DNA from: Octopus sinensis
Lineage: Eukaryota
Assembly: GCF_006345805.1 (NCBI RefSeq)
Contig: NC_043000.1
Span: 28,210,001-28,274,000 of the forward strand
Direction: 5' to 3'
DNA length: 64,000 nucleotides
Positions 50,970 through 64,000 of the stretch are shown here, piece by piece. The notes under the pieces were generated by a model, which was not told where the DNA came from, made no database searches, and saw nothing but the letters and a program-made list of their open reading frames with translations. Each line of letters begins with the position of its first letter. Position 1 is the stretch's first letter. The position numbers were made by a program, and so were the translations under genes.

Positions 50970-52310
50970 TGAACCCCACTCTCACTGCTCAACTAACATT
51001 TATTTTATCGACAGCGAAAGGATAAAAGACAGATTTGAACTCAGAATATAAAGCCGGACGAAATGGCGCTAACTATTTTGTCCGGCGTGCTAACCAATTC
51101 GCTGTCTTACTATTTATTGCCTTTCGAAATTTCCATGTCGTGCCAAACCCTGCATAAATCTGTATAATGCATCACCTTAACTGCTTACGATATACACACA
51201 CAAAAATAGTGAGTCGTCATGTTTCATGCTCTACTCTTTCACAAATTTCTTTTTCATATTCTTATAATATTACGTTATTTTATGCTTATTTCTCAAATTC
51301 GCTGTTTCTGTTCATGTTCCAAGTCGGCCGATAACTATATTAATCTGTGCCGTGAAGGAAGTTTATTCGAACTACGTGATGTTCATAAAAAGCCAGACTT
51401 AACAAGAAAGAACTAGGTGTGGTCTGACTACCTCGTCCCATCTCCTTGGTAGCAGTGAGAATGGAGAACGTGCTTAACTGTATAGCAGCATGTGGAAGAA
51501 TATAGAAAATATATTAATTAAACAGAATAAATATTGAACCAAGCAAACAAACTATGACTAACGTTAAATACAAGCAATTTAGAAACAAAATTAAAATACA
51601 GTTTGAACCATCCGTTCAGGTTCTGTAATACAGCTTGTATTTTTTCATTTTTTTTTCATTAATAATATATAATATAAACATAAAAATAAATTGTTTAATT
51701 AGAAAACATAATATTGGTGATCTGGGAAATGGTATCTCAAAGAATATGCCAACGTGTGCGTTCTATTCGGTATTATTGCCTTAATTTATATATTAATGGT
51801 ATTTTCTTTTAGTTTGTTTATACCATGATAATAAAAAGAAATGTGTTGTTAATTTGCAGGCAAGTCGCCAGGAAAACTGGTAACTTTGGAACAAAATGGC
51901 TACGTTGTTGCATTTGGCAAAAACCTAAAAAAGCCTGAAAAGTTTTGGCACAAATACGAAAATACCAATGAAGGGTTACTTCACGTGAAATATTTATTTA
52001 TTTATTTTAAATAAGGACGAAAATTAATTCTTATGTCATCGTGACATTGAAAATAACTTAAACTTTATCAATATTGATTAGAATCTTTTTCCTGCTCTTG
52101 AAACTAAGTATTTTCATAAAACTATAAACACTATTAGACGTAGAGTATTTTATACTGGTCCTTTACATATATTAATAGTATTATTACTCATTTTGAAACG
52201 TTCTTTGCTTGAAATAGCGCGTTTATTTAAAGTACTAGCCATATAGGGTCAGTTATTTGGTCATATAGGGACAGTTAACTTTGTTTGTAAATAAGAATTC
52301 ATGAAAGAAA

Positions 52311-52545
52311 TACCTATTTCTTTATTACCCACAAGGGGCTAAACACAGAGGGGACAAACAAGGACAGACAAACAGATTAAGTCGATTATATCGACCCCAG
52401 TGCGTAACTGGTACTTAATTTATCGACCCCGAAAGGATGAAAGGCAAAGTCGACCTCAGCGAAATATGAACTCACAACGTAACGCAGACGAAATACCGCT
52501 AAGCATTTCGCCCGGCGTGCTAACGTTTCTGCCAGCTCGCCGCCT
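52311..52545 (-). mobile_element. Nin-core SINE monomer with TSD
   Basis: TGAAAGAAATACC is present on both sides. Confidence 0.9.
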
Positions 52546-52904
52546 TGAAAGAAATACCACTGTGTCGCAGGTTGGCCATCGATACTGGGAAAACGTGTAA
52601 TGAAGTGTTTTGCTCATGTACACTACGCATTTTCCTGTGCGGGAAACGAAATCGTCCTCATCATGAGTGCAACACCCTGACGATTAGATTGCACGCATTC
52701 ATTGTTTTCCTAAGGCGACTTGATAAAGAAAACCTGCATGCAAGCTTATAGAAAAATGTGGGGGAAATACGTAGAACGTGATCTGCAACAAGACTGAGAC
52801 GACGATACTTTTAAAAGCCATTTCACTTCATTTATTTCACAAACTATCATGGAAAAGGGGAAATACATTTAGAATTTAATACTGAATTAGAGTAGAATCA
52901 CCTG

Positions 52905-53472
52905 GAGGCGCAATGGCCCAGTGGTTAGGGCAGCGGACTCGCGGTCTTAAGAACGCAGTTTCGGGCATTGTGATTGTTTATTGAGCAAATACACCTAACC
53001 TCCACGAGGCTCCGGCGAGAGGTAGTGGTGAAGCCCGCTGTACTCTTTCACCACAACTTTGTCTCACTCTTGTATTGGTATAATAGACAGTGAGTATTTA
53101 TATGAAAGGTTCAAGATCTGGGGAAAGTTAGAAATGCCAGATAGCTGGCATGAGTGATTGGAAGTAGCATTATCGAAAACTCAGGAGGAGGAACTTTAAA
53201 AGGAACTTGATGATGTATATATGTTGATAAGAGGAATATTGGCACAGGAAAAAAGGGATGAACTCGAAAAATATATGAGATAAAATTTAGGGACTTTGTG
53301 ATTTTCGCAGTGAAATAGGAAAAAGGACAAGTAAATGGTGTTGACTGATGGGGCAGTTAACATCACTGTCATCTCTCATTTTCACCCTTTTTCTCATATC
53401 ATCATACGATTATTTTTTTGATGTGTTGTAGTGTCCGCTCAGTGTAAAACCGTATGGTGAATAAAAAAATCA
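52905..53472 (+). mobile_element. Chimeric retro-insertion: tRNA-derived SINE 5' part fused to an unrelated coding-like 3' segment
   Basis: The exact 17-nt TSD TAGAGTAGAATCACCTG is at 52888-52904 and 53473-53489. An A-rich end GAATAAAAAAAT precedes the right copy. Confidence 0.8.
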
Positions 53473-53525
53473 TAGAGTAGAATCACCTGCCATAAACCAT
53501 TGTGACCAGTAATCTCTTCTCTGTC

Positions 53526-53574
<49 letters not shown>

Positions 53575-55693
53575 CATAAACACCACACGCGCGCACATAT
53601 ATCTCTTTTACTTTAAAGGAGAAAAACAAGTGTTTATAAAAACAGTCAGTTTAGTAACATCGGAGATTGTGATCATTATTCGAAGTTCGACATAGAAAAA
53701 AAAGACAGAGTCTAATTCAAGTAGATGGTATTTCATCTGAAGATTGTCTTGCGAATACTCTTTTGAAGAACCATGAAAGCCCTACGATTGAATAATGGTT
53801 GCTGCATGAATTTTATACCTTGGTAAATTTAGGTACAATTCTCTCAAACAATACGCAATATTGTCTCTAGCTAAAAATAAAAAGTGTTTAAGTATATGAA
53901 TAAGCAATAGTTTGTGTTTAGTTCTTTATTAGCTTCAGCATAAAACCTTTGTGAAATTTGGTCTTGACTGAACACTCCTTATTACTAATTATTTAGTTTT
54001 TTGTAGTTTTACCAACTTTCCTTGGTTTCTCCATATATGTCCGAAGTAGGACTGAAATATATAATCACGTCCAGAAATATTTTGGGGGATATTGGATTTG
54101 AAGTTCGTGCTAAAGATCAAAGCAACATTGATTTGCAATTAAACGAATGTAGAATATTATGGTATTTTTTCAGATCTCACATGACAAAGGAAATAGAGGA
54201 AGTCTCAAATACTGCCGTTATACGAATTACTGTTGAAAATGAATCTAGCTGGAATGACAGTATTTTTATTTCAAAATAAATTAGAAAACTCTCGAATAAT
54301 TACAATTAGAGGAAATGAATGAATAAATTTGAGGCTAATTATTTTTGCTAAACTAAACTATGATAGTCATATAAAAATTTCGAATTAGTAACAGGCCAGA
54401 TGATAACATGATTGGTTTCGTTATCTTGGATGTATTAACTTTTAATTGGAAGACCTAAATTCTCAACTTCAGACTTGATACTATTCCTAAACTATTTCAT
54501 AAGCATGGATCTGCGAAGGGAGCCTATTCAACAAGGCATCATAATAAGTAAGATGTTTTTTTTATTATCCACAAGGGACTATACAAAGATCGGACAGCAC
54601 ATTCGGGGAACTTAAAGTACAAAAGGGGATGAATTTAAGAAGAAAAAATTAAAGAAAACGAATGAAATATGAAAAGATATAATAATGAAGCGTAATGCCC
54701 ACTCGACCCCCGATGTCGAGTGGTTACATTTCGACAGTTTTTTTTTCTTTTTCATAAATGAATTTCACAAAAAGAAAAATTACAAAAGAATTTCACAAAA
54801 AGAAAAATTACAAAAGAATTTCACAAAAATTACAAATGAATTTCACAAAGATTAACAGAAATTTTCCACAGTTTTTTCCACGTTTTCATAAATGAATTTC
54901 AAATATACTGTTTTATTTTTTTTCAGTTCCTCATCGTAATAAGTGAGGGAGCAAAAGCTGTCAAACATTTATATGACATCTGACTATCTTTGAAAAATCC
55001 AAAAATCACAATTATATGCAAAACATTGAACTTTTATTGTTTCCATTATCTTTTATTGTTTTAATTATAAATGTATTTTTTTCTATTTAACATTTATTGA
55101 AAAATCAGATGCGATGGCAAAATCTGATAATTTTTTGTTGAAACTAGATTTAATAAATTGAATTTATGTATATCCAGAACCCAAATTTTATAACTGATAC
55201 TTCTGGGATGATTATCTTGAAATCTGTTAATCTTTTAAATCGTACTGACGGATCATGTAGCCAATAACGTAAGCTCTATTAACTTTATCCTTCATTTTGT
55301 ACCATAGCAAATATAACGAACGCTTTAAATATGAATAAATTCAAATTCGACTTAATGGTCCGCCATAATATTTTAATATCTTTCATATCTTGAGACTGTC
55401 CAGACCAAAACAAAGACTGCATTCCTGATCAGTTTGAAATACGTTTGAAAAATTAATCAAATTATTACCATATTGGTACGTTAGCCAATCTAGGTCAAGG
55501 AAACAGTTGTATTTTGGTAAGAATGTATAATTGTAAACTGTTTTAGTATCAACCGGTGATATTTACATTCTAGACAGTGTATAACTTAATTAAGTTTCAC
55601 TGCAGAAATACTCCAACACAGTAAAGCATTATGTTATCACCTTCAATTTGTTCTGAGTGTTCCAGTTACCATTTTCTGAAGTTCAAACATTAA

Positions 55694-55900
55694 CCCTTTC
55701 ATTACCAACCCAGCTGACACCAGGTCTGACTCTGAGTACAAATGTCTTGTTTTCATAAGTTTTGAATTAAAATCTTCCACCAAACTTTAGTCACAATTTA
55801 TGTTCCTAATACTAGCTTAATGATAACTAAGTTAACTGTTAAATTTGAAATGATTGAAAGGAACACAGTGCATCTCAAAATAAATACAGTAACAAAAGGG
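55694..55900. mobile_element. piggyBac-like MITE
   Basis: TTAA-CCCTTTCATTAC at left and GTAACAAAAGGG at right; the right TTAA is degenerate. Confidence 0.65.
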
Positions 55901-56604
55901 AATGGTAACTGTGTTATCATTAATCAGCAAAAATCAGGAATCATCAGTCAAAATAACGAACTTTGAATTTTTATTGACGGTTAGTCTGGCTGCCTTGAGA
56001 AACAAAACAAAAGCCAAATTTTCAGACTCCAGTACCTTCGAAAAAGATAACATTTGAGAATATTCTTAAACTTTTCTTTATTTCGTCCCAGAAAAAAAAA
56101 AACAGCACTGGGTTTCCTATTGCCAGGGGTTAAACATATTGGACTCTTAACGTTATTTTTTAGTGTTCCACTCAGTTTTCTTGCGCATGGTGTAAAATAG
56201 AACATCAATTTTTTTTTAATTCTGGTACTTTTTTCTTTCTGATTGTAACACTTTATTATGTGTTGAAATAGTGCTTTTCTTGATAAATGTTAAATAACTC
56301 AGGTGTAAAATATATTCAAATAAAGAAAAACATATCTAATTATATGAAGCGACAAACAGTTATAAACATTATTAACCAAGTATATAAATATATATATATA
56401 TATATATATACAAGTCATAACAAAACGGATGTATAGGAAGAACAACAAGGAAATAAAAAGAGGAATATATGGGAAGAACAACAAGAGCTAGTTAATTTGT
56501 TTTAGTCTAAAATACTTAGAAGAAAGTTTGAATTGTGAGATTATTAGGTTTTAGGATATTCTGGTAAACTTATTTTGGAAAGTGAACGTTACTATTTTTA
56601 AAGC

Positions 56605-57600
56605 TGGTTTGAAACCTTCATATAAAGCCAGTGATTCCGGGGTGGGGGATAAGTCCATTACATCGACCTCAGTGTTCAACTGGTACATATTTTATTGACC
56701 GCCAAAGGATGAAAGACAAAGTAGATCTCGACAGAATTTGAACTCAGGATATAAAGACAGACGAAATGCCGCTAAGCATTTTGCCCGGCGCGCTAACGAT
56801 TCTTATTTCTTTATTGTGCACAGGGGGCTAAACATAGAGGGGATAAACAAGAACATTAAGTCAATTATATCGACCCCAGTGCGTAACTGGTACTTATTTA
56901 ATAGATCCCGAAAGGATGAAAGGTAAAGTTGACCTCGGCGGAATTTGAACTCAGAACGTAACGGCAAACAAAATACCTATTTCTTTACTACCCACAAGGG
57001 GCTAAACACAGAGAGGACAAACAAGGACAGACAAACGGATTAAATTCGATTATATCGAACCCAGTGCGTAACTGGTACTTATTTAATCCATCCTGAAAGG
57101 ATGAAAGTCAGAGTCGACCTCGGCGGAATTTGAACTTAGAACGTAACGGCAGCCGAAATACGGCTACGCATTTCGCCCGGCGTGCTAACGTTTCTGCCAG
57201 CTCGCCGCCTTACACAATTAAAAATATTAACAAGGAATAAATGTTCTTTATTATTCTTTTCTACTCTAGGTACAAGGCCCGAAATATTTGGGAAAGGGTC
57301 CAGTCGATTAGATCGACCCCAGTGCGCAACTGGTATTTAATTTATCGACCCCGAAAGGATAAAAGGCAAAGTCGACCTCGGCGGAATTTGAACTCAGAAC
57401 GTAGCTGCAGACGAAATAACTATTTCTTTACTACCCACAAGGGGCTTAACACAGAGAGGACAAACAAGGACAGACAAACGGATTTAGTCGATTATATCGA
57501 CCCCAGTGCGTAACTGGTACTTAAATTATTATCGACCCTGAAAGGATGAAAGGCAAAGTTGACCTCGGCGGAATTTGAACTCAGATCGTAAAGACAGATA
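56605..57600 (-). mobile_element. Array of Nin-core SINE multimers (about 6 core units)
   Basis: Repeated GAAAGGATGAAAGGCAAAGT(C/T)GACCTCGGCGGAATTTGAAC units with both tail types. Confidence 0.9.
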
Positions 57601-57992
57601 ATTTTGAAACCAATATAACTTTCCTTTGTGCGCAAATTGAATGTAGTCTGCATTAGTTCTGTTCCGAAATGTTTTCTTTGCAATGGGTAATGCATGTGGA
57701 CAGTCATATCACTCACTCGTCGTCTGCTGGAATGAATTTTGCAAAACTGTGATATGTTTGATTCACAAAAGTTGTTATCGAAGGTCGAATGCAACACACT
57801 GTATTATACTAGATTTGTTCCTCGTTTCCCCTATTTGAAATATATGAATTATTAGTACAATAACCACATCTGCACAAGGTAATGAATTGTAGCAACAAAA
57901 AAGAAGGAAATCTTAGTTAATCTTCCATTTTCAGCGAGCAGTTTACGGGAATGATCGTTGAAAGAGGAATATCATGGGAATATATACATACA

Positions 57993-58285
57993 TGTGGAGG
58001 CACATGGCCTAGTGGTTAGAGCAGTGAACTCGCCGTCGAGGGATCGCGGGTTCGAATCTCAGACCGGGCGATGTGTGTGTTTATGAGCGAAACACCTAAG
58101 CCTCACGCGGCAGAAGGTAAGGGTGAACTTCTGCTGTCTCTTTCGCCACAACTTTCTCTCATTCTTTCCTCCTGCATCTTGCAGCTCACCTGCGACGGAC
58201 CGGCGTCCCGTCCAGGTCGGGACCCTGTACGACAAGGAAACCGGAAAACCGGCCCTTATGAGCCAGGCATGGCTCGAGAAGGAAC
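57993..58285 (+). mobile_element. tRNA-derived SINE (GGAGGCGCAATGGCC family), full length
   Basis: A box TGGCCTAGTGG and B box GGTTCGAATC; the body matches 59263-59550 and the head at 52905. Confidence 0.85.
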
Positions 58286-58419
58286 AAACAATATACATAC
58301 ACTCTCACACATACTCACACTCAGGCATACACACACACGCACACACACGCACACATATGTATATACATATACTGGTACAAACAGGAAAACAGAACTCAAA
58401 ATATGACTATATGTATATT

Positions 58420-58555
58420 TTTATTAATATTTAGCAGAAGTAACAGAGTGACCCAAGGTCCGATACTAACGGGCGTTGACACTTATCAAGTGCCAACAAA
58501 CGAAACTCTTGGTCGTTGACTCATTCTGTTACCTTTCTTAAATATTTATAATAAT
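58420..58555 (+). repeat. Fold-back element with a degenerate hammerhead-like interior
   Basis: Outer stem GTAACAGAGTGA/TCATTCTGTTAC. The interior reads CCAAG GUC..CUAACGG G..GUUG ACACUU AUC AAGUG C CAAC..C GAAAC UCUUGG. Confidence 0.6.
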
Positions 58556-58566
58556 AAATAAACAAA

Positions 58567-58620
<54 letters not shown>

Positions 58621-58689
58621 CATACGTGTGGGTATGCGCCTGTGTATATACGCGTTAATGCATATGTGTATGTGCATACGCGTATGTAT

Positions 58690-58726
<37 letters not shown>

Positions 58727-58769
58727 GCATACATACGCATGTATGTCTACAGGCGTTAAATAACTGTCA

Positions 58770-58985
58770 AAGGCGGCGAGCTGGTAGAATCGTTAGCACG
58801 CCGGGCGAAATGCCTTAGAAGTATTTCGCCCACGTATATGTTCTGAGTTCAAATTCCGCCGAGATTGATTTTTCCTTTCATCCTTCCTCGAGTCGATAAT
58901 TTAAGTACCAGTTAAGCACTGGGGTTGATGTTATCTACGATCCCACTCTACACCAATTCCAGGCTTTGTACGTATAATAGAAAAG
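58770..58985 (+). mobile_element. Nin-core SINE (short tail)
   Basis: Head GGCGGCGAGCTGG plus core. Confidence 0.8.
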
Positions 58986-59262
58986 AAAAAATAACTACTT
59001 GTCAAATATGTAAAGCTTCCTCTATGAAATTGCTATAATTTTCAAATTACATACTCACATATGCACACATAACAACAGTCTTCCTATTTCGTCTTTTTAA
59101 TGCTGATATTTTTTTATCAAGTACAGGTAAGATCGATTTTCTGGAACCCTTTGTTTCAAAGCCTTCCCATATTTCTGATGTTTCCAAATCAGGGGTTGTC
59201 ACCTTGATCAACAAAGTCTAAATTTCCTAAATATTAAATTTACTTAAATAATTAAATGAAAT

Positions 59263-59550
59263 GTGGAGGCGCAATGGCCCCGTGGTTGGGGCAGCAGGAT
59301 TGCGGTTTCGATTCCCAGACCAGGCGTTGTGTGTTTTTATTGAGCGAAAACACCTAAAGCTCCACGAGGTTCCGTCGGGGGTGGGGGGGGGCGATCCCTG
59401 TTGTACTGTTTCGCCCCAACTTTCTCTCACTCTTTCTTCCTGTTTCTTAAGTAACGCTGCAATGGACTAGCGTCCCGTCCAGCTGGGGTGAACACATACG
59501 CCACAGAAACCGGGAAAACCGTGCTCATAAGCCTGGCTAGGCTTGAAAGG
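59263..59550 (+). mobile_element. tRNA-derived SINE (GGAGGCGCAATGGCC family)
   Basis: Similar to 57993-58285. Confidence 0.8.
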
Positions 59551-61194
59551 GGCGGAAAAAAATAAAATAAAACTAAATGTAGGTAACGCTGTACCTTAGT
59601 GTAAATTAGTGCAGACTATAGGAGTTTCCGACCCATCGGTAAAATACCTTTGCTCAGAGAAGCCAAATCGACTTTAACAAACTTTTACAAACCGTGTTGT
59701 TTAGTGCCAAAGTTAGAAATTATTCACTGAAATAAATAAACTGTCTTATTTACATATGTGTAATTATAATTTATAAAATTAATCTTTTGCGTATTTATAC
59801 AAATTCTTTGACTAACGCAAAAACAATTAACGAAACATTTCATACCAGTAATGATACTTCAATATTCCTTATTAATCCTTTTATAATAATCTAGCAAGAT
59901 GTTCTGAAATTATTCTTCCAATATGTTATTTGAACTCCATTAGTAAACAATTAGATGTTAATAGACTAGTGACATTTCTGTATTCGGTTCAACGGCGCAC
60001 CTTCATATGTTAAGTGAATTGCAAAGAAAACCGGCCTCCCTGTAGTGTGTTTACATTAGAGAGGTAATCGCGCAATAAATGCTAGCAGTCGTTCTATTAG
60101 AAGAGTTTGATAGAGAAGATATTAATTATGCTCTTGTAGACATTCGTTATTATCACAGAATTTGTGCCTAGGCTAATTGTCATATTAATCTGATGTTGTA
60201 TGGTACAGTTGTTAATAAATGAGCAATCGTTTGTGATTTTCTTTGTGCAGCTGATGTCAATTGTTGTCTCCGATCAATTACATAGCCTTTAAATGACCCT
60301 ACAGTCACAGGCAAAGACAACACCACTACCACTATTGTTGCTGTTAGATTCAATCATATTTTGCTGACATTAAATTCGAACTCATTCGTATATTTCTACA
60401 TTATTCTACAAATGAACTGTGTCATCTACAGAATTTAAACGAGAACCAAATACATCTTAAACAACAATATTATCCAGATAATTATTTCTTCCGTCATAAA
60501 TCTTCCATTTCAGAAAGATAACTTATTTTCGATTCATAGCTTTGTTGTAGTATTGGTATTTTGTTTATAAAAGCCAGCTTTTGTTGCTATTATAGATTAT
60601 CCCCAGATCAGAACAATTCAAGGAGCTCTGTAATCAAATTCATCCCTCTCACGATTATCTCACTCCAATTTCAGCAGGGTTCATCTCAAGCTATAGCATC
60701 AAAAATGTCATTTCTTTTTAAGACTGTTCTTTTTTTCCTTCATTTAGCCATCGGACCGACTAACAGTTCCTGTCAATTCGCATGACAAGCGCTATATACC
60801 TGTCATTCAGCTTGAAAGTGAAAATATTAAGGTGTCTTTCGCTGCCTTCCTTCGAGTGTTTTTCAATACAGTATCTTGTCGATTAGATACAGACCAGTTC
60901 GACACATGTGATTGGCAATTCAGACCCAGAACAAATACCGCAAAACATAGTTTTGCACTTTAATATCTTTGACAATTAACTACTCTGGACTGGCATTTTG
61001 TTTTAGCGACCCCGGAGGAGCAAAGGTCAAAGATGACCCTCCGTGAGTTCTGGATTCAGCACACTCTACAGAATCTGCCACTTCCCTGCTTCCTTTCCAA
61101 TGGAATGGTTATTACCGATGTGTGGTTCATCAAGTCTACAACACTTCATGTGACTCCTCGGGTCGATATACATTGAATTGAAAGCCACATAAAG

Positions 61195-61600
61195 GCATAG
61201 ATGTGGATGTGTGGTAAGAAATTTGCTACATAACCAAATGGCTCCGGGTTCGCGTGGCACCTTGGGCGTGTATCTTCTTCAAAAACCTCGAATCGAACAA
61301 AGCTTTGTGAGTGGATTTAGTAGACAGAAACTAAAAGAATCCTGTTGTATATATGTATGTGTATGTATGTGTGCGCGTGTGTGTGCATGTCCGTGTATGT
61401 ATATGTCTTTGTGCCCATGATTGTCTTTCACCACCACCAGAGGCTGACAACCGAAGCTGGTGTGTTTATGTCCTCATAACTTAGTGGTTCGGCAAAAGAA
61501 AACGATGCAATGAGTACCAAGCTTACATCAAAATAATTACTTGGACCTATTCGTTGGACGAAAATTCCTCAGCTCGGCGCCCCATCATGGCCGCAGTAAC
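61195..61600 (+). mobile_element. Degenerate full-length tRNA-derived SINE with an internal (TG)n tract
   Basis: Head GTGTGGTAAGAAATTTGCT.., GTGGCACCTTGGGC segment and 3' half. Confidence 0.75.
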
Positions 61601-61976
61601 AAATAAAAGAACGGCCGACTATTTATTGGAGTCTTAAGCTCTCAAGCAATATCTAATTTTCTCTAATTTTGGCAAAACGTCAGCAGTTTTAAAAGGAGAC
61701 ATTGAGTCTACTACTTCGACCCCAGTACTTGACTGTTACTTTATTTTATCGATCTTAAGGAGATGACAGGCTTAGTTGACCTCGGCAGGATTTGATTTCA
61801 GAATGGCAAGAGCCGGAAGATATCTTGCTAAGCGTTTTATCCGACGCACCAACGATTCTGTCAGGACGCCAACTTCCCAAACAATAGTTAATGAAGGTAT
61901 ATCAAAGTGGAGATAATATTACTGTGTATACGGTATATACAAACACTAACAAATACACACGCACACACAGCTATCT

Positions 61977-62009
<33 letters not shown>

Positions 62010-62535
62010 TATATATATCACGTATGTATTATATAATATATATATATGTGTGTGTGTGTGTATAAAGAGGGAGATAGATAGATAGATAGATAGATAGATA
62101 TATAGATAGATTGATACATGCGTACATACATACATATGTAGATAGATAGATACATACATACATACGTAGATAGATAGATAGATAGATAGATACTAGTGGA
62201 TGAACAACGAAAAGTAAGCAACACCCAATACATTTGGTAGTAATCACATTTATTTTTTAATAACAGTTTGACTCAATTACAAAAGACTTAAAGTTTTGTG
62301 GACTCGTAGGACGGACATGTGATATCTTTTCAGATATTTGGAGAGCCAATGAAAGGTGCATATGAATATATGTGCGTGTGCGCACGCACATGGGTGTGCT
62401 AGTCTCTGTGTGTATTATTGTATGTATTGATATTGTGCAATTGTCCTTCATTGGAATTCTGAGTTGTGTAAGAGTAGTAAATGCTAAGGGTTTCAAGGTT
62501 ATGAAAGTATAGCTGCATACATGCCGTCCTCCTTC

Positions 62536-62579
<44 letters not shown>

Positions 62580-62626
62580 CGTAGATAGACGCGTTGAGAG
62601 AGATAGGCCTTCATATAGAGATCTGA

Positions 62627-62661
<35 letters not shown>

Positions 62662-63349
62662 TTTATATATATATATATATATTATATAATTAGGGCTTAG
62701 TAAAATAAATTACTTTGCCACATACTTTGCCTTAAATGGTCCTTTTACATACTGAACACTTGGTGAAATTGATTAATTAATTAATTTTACCCTCAATTGT
62801 TGATATATATATATATATATATATGCATACATACAAACATCCACGCGCTGTTTATTAAGTCACCTATAGAAGCCAGTGCGATTGATACCATAATTAATAT
62901 TAAAGTAAATATATCTCGTGTTATTCACGTGACATTATCAAACGAAGATTTCCAAGAGATCGTTTTCCCAAGGATAATGTACAGATTCTTATAGCAAAAT
63001 TGGCTTTTGAATCATTTGTTCACTGCTTGCAGGAACGAATGATTCTTTAAAAGTTGTTCCCTTCTCATGATTATGTAATTCTTTCAAATTCTATGGCACT
63101 TGTATAATAAATGAACATATCTCTTAATCTTGCTTCTCTTACGTCCTTTGCTTGCTTCATTCATATCAATCGAAATGAAGTTAGCACCATTATTGTGTGT
63201 TTACGAATACCGTTTCGCAGACGAGTGGTTCTGTCGTCAGTCCTACTGCGATGCACCTTAGGAAAGTGTCCTCCATTCAAGTCTCAGGCCAAACAGTGTC
63301 TTGTGAGAGAAATTGGTACACAGAAGTTGTGAGCCCGTCCTATATTCAG

Positions 63350-63727
63350 TTATTACCTCCGACTTAGCGAAGGCGGAGGTATTGTTTTCAGTCGTGTTTG
63401 TTAGTTTGTTTGTTTGTCCGTGGACAACATATCTCAAGAACCGCTGGATGGATTCGGATGAAACGTTCAAGGATTGTTTGACCTCTCGTGACTGACACTA
63501 GCTGATAAGATTTTAGGATCGATCCGATACCGGACAAGTGTTCTGGATTATTTTTCCTGTTTTATTACTTAACTTTTGAGAGCGGTCGGGTTCATTTTTA
63601 GTAACCTCGTTTGTGAGTGCAGTCGAGTTTATTTCAGATATACTCATTTTAAATGTCTCCTCTAGCTAATCGTTGAGATGATGTTGTTGCCCTGACGGAG
63701 GTTTGCGCTCTCTGAGAGGTCTTGTTT
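63350..63727 (+). mobile_element. Helentron-associated (DINE-1/HINE-like) non-autonomous element
   Basis: 5' TTATTACCTCCG..CGGAGGT hairpin, then a (GTTT)n tract, a 3' copy of CGGAGGT, and the terminal GCGCTCTCTGAG..CTTGTT in T-rich flanks. Confidence 0.7.
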
Positions 63728-64000
63728 ATATATACTTGTGTGTATGTGTGTGTGTGTGTGTGTGTACATGCGCGCGTGTGTTTTGTGGAACGATGAATCC
63801 CGAGGCAGATAAAGCTGTTGTGTACAAATGTTCGGCTATAAAGCCATGGTCAGATAAATCAAATGCTACCTGTAGAACTTAAACACAGTTCATTTGCAGA
63901 CGTTCTACCGTTGGACCAAAGTAATACTTCGAAATTCTCTATCCGTTTTAAAAAAAAATTGTTGTTATAAGTGAGAATTATATGTTGATGATATCATAAG

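Noticed and set aside
54760-54900. Short GAATTTCACAAAAAGAAAAATTACAAAA tandem repeat
   Set aside because: An ordinary low-copy AT-rich minisatellite with no further structure seen.
57995-58070. tRNA-like sequence with A and B boxes
   Set aside because: It is the head of a SINE and continues into the SINE body, with no complete cloverleaf.

Overview
AT-rich, microsatellite-dense eukaryotic DNA, most likely intronic or intergenic sequence from a coleoid cephalopod (Octopus-like). That assignment is inferred from the repeat families. No host gene could be identified with confidence, and most long ORFs in the supplied track are translations of (TA)n, (CA)n or (CATA)n tracts. The window is a mosaic of mobile DNA. 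It holds dozens of tRNA-derived and Nin/Deu-core SINEs, many as multimers or inverted pairs. It also holds three Penelope-like (GIY-YIG) fragments, two CR1-like LINE fragments, a 5'-truncated R4/Dong-like LINE in (AAT)n, and a zinc-knuckle ORF1/gag-like relic. DNA transposons include two decayed mariners, two internally deleted mariner copies, and Helitron-, Helentron- and piggyBac-like non-autonomous elements. The most notable signal is a set of hammerhead ribozyme (HHR) motifs from several unrelated sequence families. These include a type I HHR with an extended stem II in both arms of a 560-bp palindrome, a tandem-plus-inverted retrozyme-like cluster, and a minimal HHR in which the C3-G8 core pair is replaced by a compensatory A3-U8 pair. 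There is a 100-N gap at 46619-46718. All structures were folded by eye, and repeat boundaries are approximate.
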